Part shown: positions 40,688 through 52,902 of the stretch, one piece after another
Layout of the letters: each line of letters opens with the position of its first letter
How positions within the stretch are numbered: the first letter of the stretch is position 1
DNA from: Tubulanus polymorphus
Lineage: Eukaryota; Animalia; Nemertea
Direction: 5' to 3'
NCBI RefSeq assembly: GCF_964204645.1
Contig: NC_134026.1
Coordinates: 24,028,150-24,092,149 of the forward strand
DNA: 64,000 nt
The notes under the pieces: generated by a model
Told to the model about the DNA's origin: nothing
Seen by the model: only the letters and a program-made list of their open reading frames with translations
Database searches by the model: none
Made by a program: the position numbers and the translations under genes

Positions 40688-41988
40688 TTTCCGCGATTTC
40701 GCTACATCCGTTTAATCCGTTTGACAAAACAATGTATCACAGTCGTTATTTCTTTTAGAAGAATAAACGTTTGCTTAACGTATCAGCTCAACACAATTCT
40801 ATTTCGAATTAAAGTGTTGTTTTTTAAGTCTTTTCAATCAACTATGCAAACTCGTTGTCTCCGAGAATTTGTTATTTTGACCCATTTGAATTTCTTTGTA
40901 TTTTCTTAGAATAGAACAACTACCTGCATTGTAACAGAAATAATACTGCACATTGAAAATATTTACGCGCTCGAAAAATCCTTGGAATATTTCGTGCGTG
41001 TGATATATATGGGTTTTCTCTCTATTTTTGGAAGGTTAAAGGCATATTAAGTGCGTCACACTGGCAATAACATTCCGGACAGCGCAAAAGAAAAGCACTT
41101 AAAATTGACGTCACGAAAAATAGCCCCAAACCATTTCTCGGTCGTCTGATATTTTTCATTCACATCAAAATGAAACGCGACAAACCCTGAAAAGGTCAAT
41201 CTAACTATGTGTACTACTTTATTAAGCATTTACATTGTCAAATTTTGGTTTGAAATAATCCCCATCAAATCCCAAAGCGCGTTAACATGAATGGGATGAT
41301 TATTTTGAAATATCTGTATATATCACATCGTGTCCTTCGTGATTTTCCCGAAAAAATAGAGGCCGGGGGCATGAGTTCATACCTACGAATTTCCAGTAAG
41401 AGTATAAAAATGAATAATAGAGGCGCGCATACTGATTAATCCACTGTAACCATGGTGCCAAAACACATATTGATGTTTTGATAATAATGTCCAATCAATC
41501 CCAATAATGATGAGAAAAAATAGATGAATGATTGAATCTATAAAAGAATAACTCCATTACAGAATTATTTGTTATTACAATGTCCACAGATATAAACCAT
41601 ATTTGTAAATACGACATATCCCCCAATATATGTAACGTGGAATAAATCATCCGAAAAGTATACATGTTGTCGTGTAATTAGAAATCGTTACCGGGTAGTT
41701 TAGAGTTTAACTACAGACGTACTGGTACGCGGAATTATCTGCATATAATGTTTTGAATGTTATTGTTTTCTCAGTAAAATGCCATTCTATTGATGGATAA
41801 ATAGAATGATCTACATAGCGTATGCTTGAACCCGTAATCCAACTCGAGCGCATTAGTCATTCAGCAGTACCAACCGACGACACTTCCTGGAATTTGCGGT
41901 TTTATTATGCAGCGCGTGTTGATAATATTATTGTCAGGCATATGCGACACGGACTCGTCTAGAAACACAAACAGGCATATTCGCGTGC

Positions 41989-42037
41989 TATAAATGCTCA
42001 TGACAAACGGCGGACCGATCATCAGTCAACTATCAGT
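41989..42037 (+). promoter_or_regulatory. Putative TATA box plus Inr (TCAGT) core promoter for the PH-like gene
   Basis: TATAAAT at 41989 and TCAGTC at 42022 and 42033, upstream of the ATG at 42157. Confidence 0.45.
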
Positions 42038-42156
42038 CGAGAATTTCGGAAGTGTTTGAGAAGCCAATTTCTAAAAGACCGCGAGGATATCGGTAATAAG
42101 ACGTTTGAAGTTGTTTACTCTTTCGCTTGTAGCGGTTGTATGTACGATTAAAGAAT

Positions 42157-42657
42157 ATGAGGAATTTAGCGATGGAATTCAGGCGTCCATTCCAAACTGG
42201 CTTACCCGTGGATAACCGTGTGAGCCGTGATGATGATAAGTCTCCATTGTGTAACATGTGCGGGCTAGGGTTAGAGAAATTATCATCGGCGGTGACAGTT
42301 TACCAACCGGCAGCTGCTTGTAAACAACGCCTGATGGCAAAACTGTACGAGACAAACTTTGGACATTACATTATGTTCTATCAGCACCGCAAATACAGCA
42401 AACCGTTTGCATTTATAAATCTAAAAAACTTTTACATTCAGATGGATGACCACACACGGACATTTAATGTCATCACAAAAAATAACTGCGATGTATTCGG
42501 AAATATTTCGTTTACGGTGAATTCGGACAAAGATTCCGAAACGTGGAAAAGTGAACTGTCTTGCTACGAAGTGAAATTACAAGAAGGTGCGAAAAGATCT
42601 TCAATCCCGAAAGTGCCATTGATGCCTACGTTGGAAGAAGATGGAGACGAGGATTAA
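42157..42657 (+). CDS. Uncharacterised intronless protein (~166 aa) with PH-like fold pattern and acidic C-terminus
   Basis: Long clean ORF with first ATG at 42157. The beta-strand pattern IMFYQHRKYSKPFAFINLKN...TFNVIT...ISFTVNSDKDSETWKSEL ends in a Trp-containing helix, as in PH domains. Tail LMPTLEEDGDED. Confidence 0.65.
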   Translation: MRNLAMEFRRPFQTGLPVDNRVSRDDDKSPLCNMCGLGLEKLSSAVTVYQPAAACKQRLMAKLYETNFGHYIMFYQHRKYSKPFAFINLKNFYIQMDDHTRTFNVITKNNCDVFGNISFTVNSDKDSETWKSELSCYEVKLQEGAKRSSIPKVPLMPTLEEDGDED

Positions 42658-43294
42658 AGCGATTTTAACTGTGATATTGCTATCTAATTGTGATGCCATT
42701 GTGTTCAGAAAATCTACCAATTTAAAAATAACTGGACTATTTTCATAGTATCGCGATATATGTTAATGTTAGTCTACCTGTTTAAGTGGGGTGTTAAGTA
42801 AATCAATATTTCGGAACATCAGATGAAATGTTATCTGTAATAGAATTAGCTCAATTCCTATCAATAGTTGATTGGAATAAGTGGGGTGATAGGCGAGGAC
42901 GTGGTATCAAAATTCGAATTGCCCTGATGTATTAAAGTATAATTTGTATGTATAAGATAAAAATTGATTAAAGTACGAGGTAAAATGAATTAACAGGTTC
43001 TTTATCTTAGTCTTCGTATAAGAAGCATAGCTCGACCGTTAGTGCTGTCCCTATGTTGCTGGTGAACATGTGAATTAACTTATCACCTCACGTTCACTGC
43101 TAATGAAAGCGACCAGCACTTGACGGTCACCAACGTGGGATGACCGGACTTCTTTAACAAATTCAGACCAGAGATTTTTAGTGCTGGTGTATTTTGTTAT
43201 CTAATTTTTACTGAATTCTATACGTTAACCGGAAATTGTTTGATAAGAACAAAAAAACGCTTAAAGAAAACGATTAAAATTCCAACCACTGTGC

Positions 43295-43412
43295 TGACAA
43301 TTTTCTGCCCGGAATGAGGAAAGACAATGAAGGAGATACTGGACTGATCGGCATTAAAAGATGGCGGTGAAAAATATGGCCGACATATTTTCAAAATAAC
43401 TCTCTAGCAATT
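43295..43412 (+). repeat. Dispersed ~120-bp repeat, copy B
   Basis: Same blocks as 40546-40687, same orientation. Confidence 0.75.
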
Positions 43413-44126
43413 CTTCTTTAACGTAAATGCGGATCAATTATTCAATATCTTAAGAATATTCAGACTAAAATACGTATATATCACTGCGCAATGAATCACA
43501 GAAACGGACACCAAACTGCGCTCGTTTTTTGCGGGCGTATTGCCGTCGACACGCAGTCAGCAGTGACACAGTGAAAAAATAGTTTTTTTTTAATGCGTCT
43601 GCTTAGCAAAATATTGATTTAACACCGTTTATTGACATACCATACAGGCGAAGTCTATTTCAGTTTTGATGTGTTTCAATGTCATCATCACAAACTGTCA
43701 AATTCTCTAATTAAAAACGAACTGGAAAAAAAACGTTGGATTTGCATTTATCATATTCATTCAGAATATCACTGTTCACAAAATGCCTTAAATTATACAG
43801 ATCTTAATTAAAGCGACAATTAAATCTTAAATCAATAAAAACGGAGATAATGATGATACAAATGGGCGTAAAATTATCTTAGATACTCGGTCACCGAATT
43901 GCCAATATAATCTATTAGAAAAAAAGATAATGCATTCTGGGAAAAAAGGAAAACGACTTTTTCCTCGCGTTTATAGTAAGTTGCGTGAGAATGGACCCAT
44001 TCTCGGAAAAGAAAAATTGTACGGTGCTGCCATCTTGTATGTTACGATTCTAGCACTGGCAGTTGATAATTTGATGGGATTCGAACCTACTACCCCTTGT
44101 GCCCTTGACCTTACAATTACGGCAAA

Positions 44127-44976
44127 ATGGCCTTGGGGAATGAAATTGTAGCTGCTGCGTCTTCTGTCGAGGTTTGTAGCTTGGTTTTACGATAAATTAC
44201 GAATATTTTCTGTTTTAACGAAACTTCATGTATAGTTTTATCAACCTTTAATGTTCAAGGTTGTTGAAATATCTGCAGATTTTATGTAATTCGCTCGAAA
44301 CTAGTTCTACTACGTGGTCTGCGTGAAATCTGTTAAGACAAGTCAATTCGAATTATTAATCACAGACAGTAGGCATGTCAACTGAAATGAAATTGATCTT
44401 TTTTTTAGCCTGAAGAGGAAGAGGAAGAAGTTGACTTAGAGGTAAGTCTACCATTCAATCTATGAAAATACAACTCCGCACAACCTAGAAAAATTCTCGA
44501 CTCCTGGCTAATAGTAATATTACAGTAAGAATTGAGGAAGAAGGTGCTAATGACAGGCGTCTTCGATTATCATTTCAGGACCCTCGCGACAAGGTGAAGG
44601 AAAGATGTCAGGCGACTAAGGAATGTCAGAAACATCTGGATGAATACGAACGCTGTAACGAACGAGTAAACAGTAAATCAAACACTAGTGAAACATGCGC
44701 TCAGGAACTGTATGACTTTATCCATTGTGTCGATCATTGCGTAAGTATAATCATCATTCGAACCATTTGATAGCAGCTGATGTTTCACTAGGTCATCGAA
44801 CCTGATAGCATCCCTTCCCATTTTAGACTGAAGAAGGGTGGTAGTGACCACCCGAAATAGTGGGATTTTAACTATTATTGTTTTATCACGGATATTGTGA
44901 GCTACAATTGGTTTTTATTTATTCCGGTTCTATTCAATTACAGGCAGCGCAGAAGGCGTTTGAAGGCACAAAATGA
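44127..44976 (+). CDS. UQCRH: Cytochrome b-c1 complex subunit 6 (hinge protein), 90 aa
   Basis: Exons 44127-44171, 44409-44441, 44579-44740, 44944-44976 give MALGNEIVAAASSVE PEEEEEEVDLE DPRDKVKERC...YERCNERVNSKSNTSETCAQELYDFIHCVDHC AAQKAFEGTK*. The acidic N-terminus and Cys pattern match QCR6/UQCRH. Confidence 0.93.
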
Positions 44977-45149
44977 AGACGTTAAATTTAGGAAATTTCA
45001 ATTGATATAACAATGATAAATTAGAACAATTACTAGACCAACAGATGTAATAATGATTAGTGGTGTGTTGTGTGATTAGATTAATGTATGATGTAAGCAG
45101 TTCTTTAAATATTAAACATGTTTTATTGAAAATCAGTGAATGTGTCTTT

Positions 45150-46398
45150 TTTAGCCCACTTGGGACTTTAGTCCCAGCGGGCTATTGCGTTCACTTGTCG
45201 TCCGTCCGTAGACGGAATCCAGTTATTTTGGGAAGTTTTGAAGACGCTTCAAGGTAACGTCTTGATATTTGGGTTACACGTGTATCTACCCTAGACACAT
45301 CTTCAGCCCAAAAACTGGCCCTGTCAGAATCAAGATGGCTGACTGGCAGCCATTGTTGTTCACCAAAATCAGCACTTTTTACACATTTTTTAACTTTTCG
45401 AGGGAAATTTTGAAGACGCTTCGATCAATTACCTTGATCTTTCGGATATATATGAATCCCCCAGGGCCCATCAACGAAACAAAAATTGGGTCGGTCGGAC
45501 TCAAGATGGCCGTCCTATAACCTTTTTAGTGCCCAAAAATGTTAATTTTTGCCCGAATTCTGAGTCCTGTAGCTTCCTACTGGTTTACCATTTCTCATCG
45601 CAATTTGTGATGGGTATTCTTTGGAAAGGGATGTTTTATACCTCAGACTGGCATTTTTCATCAGCCAATTATGACGCAATTGGCGGCCATCTTGGTGTCA
45701 CCAGTACTCATTCGTAAGTGGGAAAAAGTTTTTCCACATTATATTGATACCTAAGCGTATTTTGCTACCACAATCAATTAGAAAGTTGTAGCTCATAACG
45801 TGTTCTATGATTGTGGTGAGTTTCAAGGTAATTGGATTTCGTATATGGCCACCAGGGGGCGTTGAATAATACAATATCTTAGCATTTCTTTATTATATTC
45901 GTACCTATGCATATTTTGTAACCACAATCAATTGGAAAGTTGTAGCTCATGACATCATCTATGATTCTTGTGAGCTTTAAGGACATTTGTTTTTCTATAT
46001 GGTCACCAGGGGGCGTTGAATAGTAGAATAACTTAGTATTTCCTTATTATATTGGTACCTAGGCATATTTTGTTACCATGATCAATTGCAAAGTTGTATT
46101 TCATGACATTTTCTATGATTGTGGTAAGTTTTGAGGTCATTGGGTTTTGAATATGGTCTCCAGAGGGCGTTGAATAGTAGAATAACTTAGTATTTCCATA
46201 TCAATTTGGTAACGAGGCATATTTTGTTATCACAATCAATTACAAAATCGTAGCTGCTGACATGTTCTATGATTGTGGTGAGTTTCAAGGTCATTGGTTT
46301 TTGTATATGGTTGCCAGGGGCGTTGAATATTGAAATTGTTAGATTGTTGAACATTTGGAACCACTTCCCAAGTGGGCATGGTGTCCCTGGACCCCTAG
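45150..46398 (+). mobile_element. HINE/DINE-1-like non-autonomous Helentron with internal ~154-bp tandem array (x4)
   Basis: Starts in a T-run with the hairpin agcccacttgggact-tt-agtcccagcgggct, followed by a GTCC microsatellite. The subterminal IR gcccacttggga pairs with tcccaagtgggc (~46366). Short 3' hairpin gtcc-ct-ggac, end CTAG followed by TT. ggcgttgaata recurs at 45858, 46012, 46166 and 46319. Confidence 0.85.
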
Positions 46399-46716
46399 TT
46401 GGACTTTTTTGTCGGTGTGCTGTCACAAGATCAATCAAATCAGATTTTTTTTCTCAGATGTTTGACACTTTTTTATGGATGAGGTGCAACTTCAGTACTA
46501 GGGTATACAGTACTTTACCAGCTGGCACCATCTTCGCTTGCTGGGGTTTTTTTAAGTCTGACTACCAGTCCAGTCGTTACGGGTTACTAGACCACTTTTT
46601 AGTAGTCGTATCGTTGCCTCCCGCTGATGCTGCTTGTGAGGTATGGCGAGAGGCAATCCAACTCTGGCAAGCGAGGATAGCTATATAGCTTACCCCGAAC
46701 ATATAAAGGCCTTATA

Positions 46717-47047
46717 GGCCTTTTTATGAACACTCGATTAGTATATTCGAGTATGCAAAACGTTTTTATGAGCATGGATTATGTCATAATCCGTCATTTT
46801 TATGAACATTGGTTATCATAATCGATTAGCATACTCAGCATACTCGCTCGGCGAGCAAGTATGCCGATTATCTAATCCAACCGATTATGGTGTTCTCGGT
46901 AGAAGTCGCTGCTGAGTAGGCCATAATTGAATAATTTCTACCTGGCGTTTTTATCAACCAACATACCCGGTTATGCTAATTGACACTAATCGGCTATATA
47001 ATCTAAATAGCTAATCTATTTCGATTTTGCTGGTTCATAAAAAGGCC
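46717..47047. mobile_element. MITE, ~330 bp (PIF/Harbinger- or ISL2EU-like termini)
   Basis: Perfect 15-bp TIR GGCCTTTTTATGAAC / GTTCATAAAAAGGCC with TATA on both flanks. The TTTTTATGAAC motif also recurs internally. Confidence 0.8.
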
Positions 47048-47172
47048 TATAGTTTCTTAGGCCCCGAAGTTGCCAATGAAATAAAGATTGAATTGAATTG
47101 GTTTTCAGTTCGTGACCGGATCAGCTCTTGTCAAGGTCGGTGCCCGTAGAAGACCGGTTTTTTCATCTAGGG

Positions 47173-49595
47173 CAATCTTAAGACCTGCTTCATATGGCGT
47201 CACAAGCCCCGAGGCTTGTCACGCCATATTGGGGCTTGACACGCCATGTGGTAAACATAAAATGAAAATCAAATCCTAGTCGACTACGTCTCGCGGGTTT
47301 TTCTTCCGAAGTTGAAATATTCGATTGGATATTTATTTGTCATAGATGATTTACAACGTACTATATATACGTAATAAGAACTACATATTACATCGCATAT
47401 ATGAAAATGATTTGATTCAGAAGATTACTTTTAATCAATAACTTATAACGAGTAATGTTTGAATCAAACTTTATTTGATATGAATTTCATATTTTGTAAG
47501 AATCTGATGGAACAGGAAAATTGAATGAGTTTTACAGAATAAAAATTTTTAATTTACTATCTTACATTTCAATGAATCATTCATCTATTTCACATGATTT
47601 GTTGATCAATTAGTCTTAGAAGAACATAGTTAATGTTAGAAAAACATATATGGTGAGCCAGGCTCCAATCTAGTGTGATCTGCAGTCAATATGGCTCCTA
47701 AAATCGCTAAGCCTTCTACATGGCGTGTAAGGCCCCAAATGTTCTGCAGCCAATATGGCGTGTCAAGCCCCAAATTGTCTGCAGAATAGCTTCAATAATT
47801 GAAACATGGTTTGTCAATAATTTAGTCTTAGAAAAAAAGCAATACTGTTAAAAAAAACTGGTCTAAAATCACGCTGTCTTCTACATGGCGTGTCAGGCCC
47901 CAAATATTCTGCAGCCAATATGTCAAAGCCCCAAACGGTCTGCAGAATAGCTTCAATTGAAACATGGCGTGAGAGGACCCAATCGATCGGGTTTCCGTAA
48001 AAACAAATTAATAATTGTCACTATTTTTCTTAACTGTTCAAACATTAATCATTCAACATGGTTTGTCAAGCATTTAGTCTTGACAAGCAAAAACTGTTAC
48101 ATAAAGCTCCTAAAATCACGCTGTCTTCTACATGGCGTGTCAGGCCCCAAATGTTCTGCAGAATGCTTCAATTGAGACATGGCACGAGAGGACCCGAACG
48201 GTTTTCCCTACAAACAAATGAATAATTGTCATTAATTGTCTTAAATGTTCAAAGATTTATCATTCTATATGGTTTGTCAATCATTTAGTCTTAGAAAAAA
48301 GCAAATACTGTTACATAAAGCACCTAAAATCACGCTGTCTTTTACATGGCGTGTCAGGCCCCAAATGTTCTGCAGCCAATATGGCGTGAGAGGACCCGAA
48401 CGGTTTTCTATGGAAGCAATTAAATTATATCTTTAGTTTCAATTAGTTATATATTGTTTATGATTTGATAATCACAAAGTGTTAGAAAGCCAAACAAATT
48501 CTGCTAGAAAAACTGCGATTTGTCTTCTATGTGGCGTGTCAAGCCCCGAACGTTCTGCAGCCAATATGGCGTGTCAGGCCCCGAACGGTTTTCCGTACAA
48601 ACAAATGAATAATGTCATTAATTGTGTTAAATGTTCAAAGATTTATCATTCTACATGGTTTGTCAATCCTTTAGACTTAGACAAAAGGCAAATATTGTTT
48701 CAAAGAACTCCTAGAATCACGCTGTCTTCTACATGGTGTGTCAGGCCCCAAAGTGTTCTGCCGCCAATATGGCGTGAGAGTACGCGATCAGTTTTCTATG
48801 GAAGCAACTAATTGTCACTAATTATATCTTTAGTTTCAATTAGTTATATGTTGTTCATAATCATAAAGTCTTAGAAAACAAAACAAATAGTGCTAGAAAA
48901 ACCGCGATTTGTCTTTTGCATGGCGTGTCAAGCCCCGAACGTTCTGCAGCCAATATGGCGTGTCAGGCCCCAAATTGTCTGCAGAATAGCTTCAGTTTAC
49001 ATGGTGTGAGAGGACCCGATCGGTTTTCCGTAGAAATAAATGAATAATTGTGACTGATTATCTTAAATTTCAATCAGTAGTACAATAATCATTAAGTCTT
49101 AGAAATAGGTTTATAAATCGTTGTTTTTATTTTGTTCATATATAAAAATATACAAAAATCGCTTTGGTAAATGTAGCTAATGATCTCCTGATCGTCTCGC
49201 ACCATAACGGAAACCTGCAAAAAACATATTCGAAGAATTTTACATAAAAATCTTAAGTAAAAACGTGATATAATTTTCTTTCAAAGTGGTTGCACTGAAC
49301 GGAATACTTCAAAATAGCGTATAAGTACCGGTACTGGGTATATATTTAGACAATAAGTTAAGAAAAAAAATAGAAATTCATTACACATTGACATACCAGT
49401 ACTTATAATTATCTCATTCAGGTTTTACACGTCGTATCGGACTTAAAAACGTGGTCCGTTCGACGCTAACATATATCTTCGTTCCGTGTGAATTATATAT
49501 AGTCTGCATTTTACTTGGGGTTTGTGACGCATGTCAGATATGGCGTGACAAGCCCCGGGGCTTGTGACGCCATGTTCTGCTGATTCTTAAGATTG
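47173..49595. mobile_element. ~2.4-kb non-autonomous TIR element with many internal ATGGCGTGTCAGGCCCC-like repeats
   Basis: Left end caatcttaagacctgcttcatatggcgtcacaagccccgaggcttgtcacgccatat; right end reverse complement caatcttaagaatcagcagaacatggcgtcacaagccccggggcttgtcacgccatat. Repeated modules occupy ~47700-49030. No transposase ORF. Confidence 0.8.
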
Positions 49596-49689
49596 ACTTC
49601 ACTCTGTTTTTCAATTCCGAAATTCTTTCATCAAAATACAACACGTCTTCAGTCGAGGACAGGGTTGATTTTTGTTTGCCTGGTAAAAA

Positions 49690-52222
49690 ATGGCACGGAT
49701 AAAGTGTTCTAAACAGAAAGTTGTTTTTTTGACCTGGTTTATTATCGCTGCTGTATATGCTAGATCACCGAATGGCGGTAATGTCAATAATGAAGTGAAT
49801 GTAACTGTAGACAATCTTCGTATAACTCAAGTCACTGATGAGCGATTTCTTAGTGTTGCGGTAGATGCTTCGGGTTTGGCAAATCATTGGGCAAGAGTTG
49901 ATTTGAAGTAAGTCACGAATAGGCTAATAGTAGAGATTAACGTTTGGGAAGGGAACAAAGGCAAAGTAGTGATCATAGTGATTCTTAGTCTGAATACCAG
50001 TCGTTGTTGCGGTTCCCTACGTTGTTTGGGGAACGACGGCTAGGTACTAGACTAAGTGATTCTCGATTCCAAGATTTTTAGTGGGTAGCAAGCGTCTGTG
50101 AATATATTCAATCCATGGTGACATTTCAATTTATTTCCCTTTCAGCAATCCTGAACTGTTGGTAATTGCGCAAGCTCTTGAACCGTTGTATCTTCGTGTC
50201 GGTGGCACAGTTGAAGATTCATTGTATTTTGATGAGGAATTCACTGTAACTGAATTTGACAATGTTATAGATGATGAGTTGTTAGTTGATGAAAGGAGAG
50301 TTTTACCATTAGACAAAGCAATATTTAATGGTGAGCTAGTATCAAGAAACCTTAGATTGAAATGGTTAAAATCATCTTACTGTTAAAACAAACAAAATTT
50401 TTTTTCATATTTTCAGGAAATGATTGGGATAAACTGAATACATTCATCCAAAAATTGCCTAGGACTGAGCTCTATTTTGGTTTGAATGTCCTAATAAGGA
50501 AAGATGGTGCTTGGGATCCGTCAAATGCACTCAAGCTATTTCAGTATACTGAAAGGAAAAACTATTCTGTAAATTTTCAGCTCGGAAATGGTGAGACCAC
50601 GGAGGAAATTGTAGGGCTTTGAAAGATTTTCTTTGAATTCTACTTCTTAATGTGCTGTGCTGTTTATTTCAGAACCAACTGATTTCAAGCATATATTCCA
50701 TACAGAGTTGACCCCTGAACAAGATGCGGCTGACTTCATTAAACTGCGAAGTATTCTCAACAAATTTCCGAAATTGAAGAACAGTAAATTGGTTGGGCCC
50801 GATTCCAATGACCCAAGAAAACTAAGAAACCTTCAATATTTCACTAAGTATGTTATACATGTAGTTTGTAAGAATATCTTAATGAGTTTTGCTCATCTTC
50901 AAATGATATAAAGAAACTAATTTCAGATTCATCAAACATGCTGCCCCCTATGTAAATGGAACTACCTGGCATCAGTAAGTTTAGATTTTCTCAAAATCCT
51001 ATGTATGGGCATTATTGATAATGGATATATGATAGAAAGAAACTTGTTGATTTATTACAGATATTATACTAATGGAAGGACTGCTACATTGGATACTTTT
51101 GTTGATGCTGATTTGTTAGATACATTAAGAAAGTCAATAGAAAACACGGTATCAGTAGTTCATAATGTGAAACCGAAATGTCAAGTTTGGTTGGGAGAGA
51201 CAAGCTCCACATATGGTGGAGGAACAGAAGGATTGTCTGATCGTTATGTCGCTGGCTTCATGTAAGTTTTTGGCATTATTTTCTGATATTAAAGTGGCCC
51301 GAAAGTCATGATTGTGTCACACACACACTGGAACTTTATTACAGGTGGCTTGATAAACTGGGTTTGTCTGCCAGATATGGACTCAGTGTTGTAGTAAGAC
51401 AGTCTCTCATACATGGACACTATGCACTGATAAATGACGATTACTCTCCACGACCTGTAAGCGCATGTATATAAATTCAAAACTCTTCTATGAAAACATC
51501 CTATAGTATTCCGTGTAGGATATTACATGACAAATACAACTTTTTATTCTTAGGATTTTTGGCTTTCTTGGATCTACAAAAACCTTGTCAGCAAATACGT
51601 CCTGGATGTAATTGTCAAACCCCAAACAAACAAAGTGCGACTGTATGCTCATTGCATAAAATCCCAAGCGTAAGTGTTTATGATACTTAACTTGGATAAT
51701 TTTTGATATTGAAGAAACCACTCATCAGAATAACCATCTGAACTGTGATCTACTTGTAATTATTGCTTGAATGAAATTTTTGATTGTATGATATATTTTA
51801 AAGATCTGGCTATCCAAAGAATACTGTGGTTTTGTATGGAATGAATCTAATGAACAGTGATGTAAATATCAACTTGCCAGTAAAGCTATTTGATAAAGGA
51901 GCATATCTTTATTTGTTGACCCCTCATGGTCCAGAAGGCCTCAGAAGCAAGTAAGTAATAAAAGGCTTTTGACTTTGAGCTTTTGACACCATATTGTCAC
52001 AAACCACTATGAAATTTCAAATGCATTGATTTGCCGTATATTTCCTTCAGATTAGTTGAGCTCAATGGAGAAGCACTTCTGCTGCCAGAGGGTAAATGGT
52101 TTCCACCACTGCAGAGCAAAGTTTATATTCCACCAGGAAAACCTATTCGTATGCCTGCTAAGACGTTTGGTTTTGTAACTCTCCTTTCTAAGACGGACAA
52201 TGTCTGTAATTCTCTAATTTGA
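49690..52222 (+). CDS. HPSE: Heparanase-like glycoside hydrolase family 79, ~515 aa
   Basis: 10 phase-consistent exons: 49690-49907, 50146-50330, 50417-50590, 50673-50847, 50927-50974, 51061-51261, 51345-51456, 51554-51669, 51804-51950, 52051-52222. Signal peptide, ERFLSVAVDA, YLRVGGT, FQLGNEP (acid/base Glu), LVGPD, TWHQYY, VWLGETSSTYGGG (nucleophile Glu), GFMWLDKLG, LYAHC. Confidence 0.93.
49986..50054. mobile_element. 69-bp MITE with TAG...CTA termini and 9-bp TSD (Academ/AcademH-like) in heparanase intron 1
   Basis: TSD AGTGATTCT at 49977-49985 and 50055-50063. Termini TAGTCTGAATACCAG ... CTAGGTACTAGACTA. Confidence 0.8.
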
Positions 52223-52574
52223 AACATATCAAACCAAGTATCAACGGGGTATTCATGAAATATTTGAAGAGTTTTGATTTCGACTGTGGATGGTATATTA
52301 TAGGATGAAACCATCCAACTTTCAAAGATGAGATTTCATATTCTTTTTCTAATTCTATTGCAAGAGATTTGAGTTATTTATTTATTCTATTTATCAATAT
52401 ATCAAAACTTTTACACATTTATACATGTTTTTAGAAAAATCCTTACATATCGAAGGAATGAAATTCTTTACATCACTGGTAGGATGCTTGTACTTTGTGT
52501 AGGTTATCTTCACTCAAAGTTGATATGATTTTTATGGACTTTCGCTTTAGCGAAGTCCATAGTTTCCATAATAA

Positions 52575-52852
52575 TGTAGTATATGATGATAGTTACATTG
52601 GACTTCAATCGATCAGGATCAAATCAACCCAGATAACCGTTCGATTCAGATGTTTGTTGAAAATCTTTTGACGAAACTATGAAATACATAACATCCAACT
52701 CAGATATCACTTAAGTCTGTCATATCATTACGGCCCCAAAATAAGATTCGGCTCGAGCGGAGTTTAGTGTATTGAGCGAAGAATAAAATCGTGAACATTT
52801 ATTGTTGAAAATAATGTATTAGTCACAACACCGTAGTATGATGATGACTGTT
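52575..52852 (+). repeat. Diverged ~270-bp direct repeat, copy A (copy B at ~54355-54620)
   Basis: Shared blocks cataacatccaactc.g.tatc, ttacgg.ccc, gtattga...aagaataaaatcgt...catttattg.tgaaa..aatgtat, gtatgatga. Confidence 0.7.
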
Positions 52853-52902
52853 TTAATGTACCATTGAAATCGAATATAATAAAATCGCACATTTATAAAG
52901 AA

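Noticed and set aside
44076-44090. GGGATTCGAACC B-box-like sequence suggesting a tRNA gene (also ~61930)
   Set aside because: No cloverleaf or acceptor stem can be formed, so no tRNA gene is called.
45060-48811. ORFs inside the HINE and TIR elements (e.g. 46269-46688, 47957-48811)
   Set aside because: Translations of non-coding repeats with no transposase, Rep/helicase or RT motifs.
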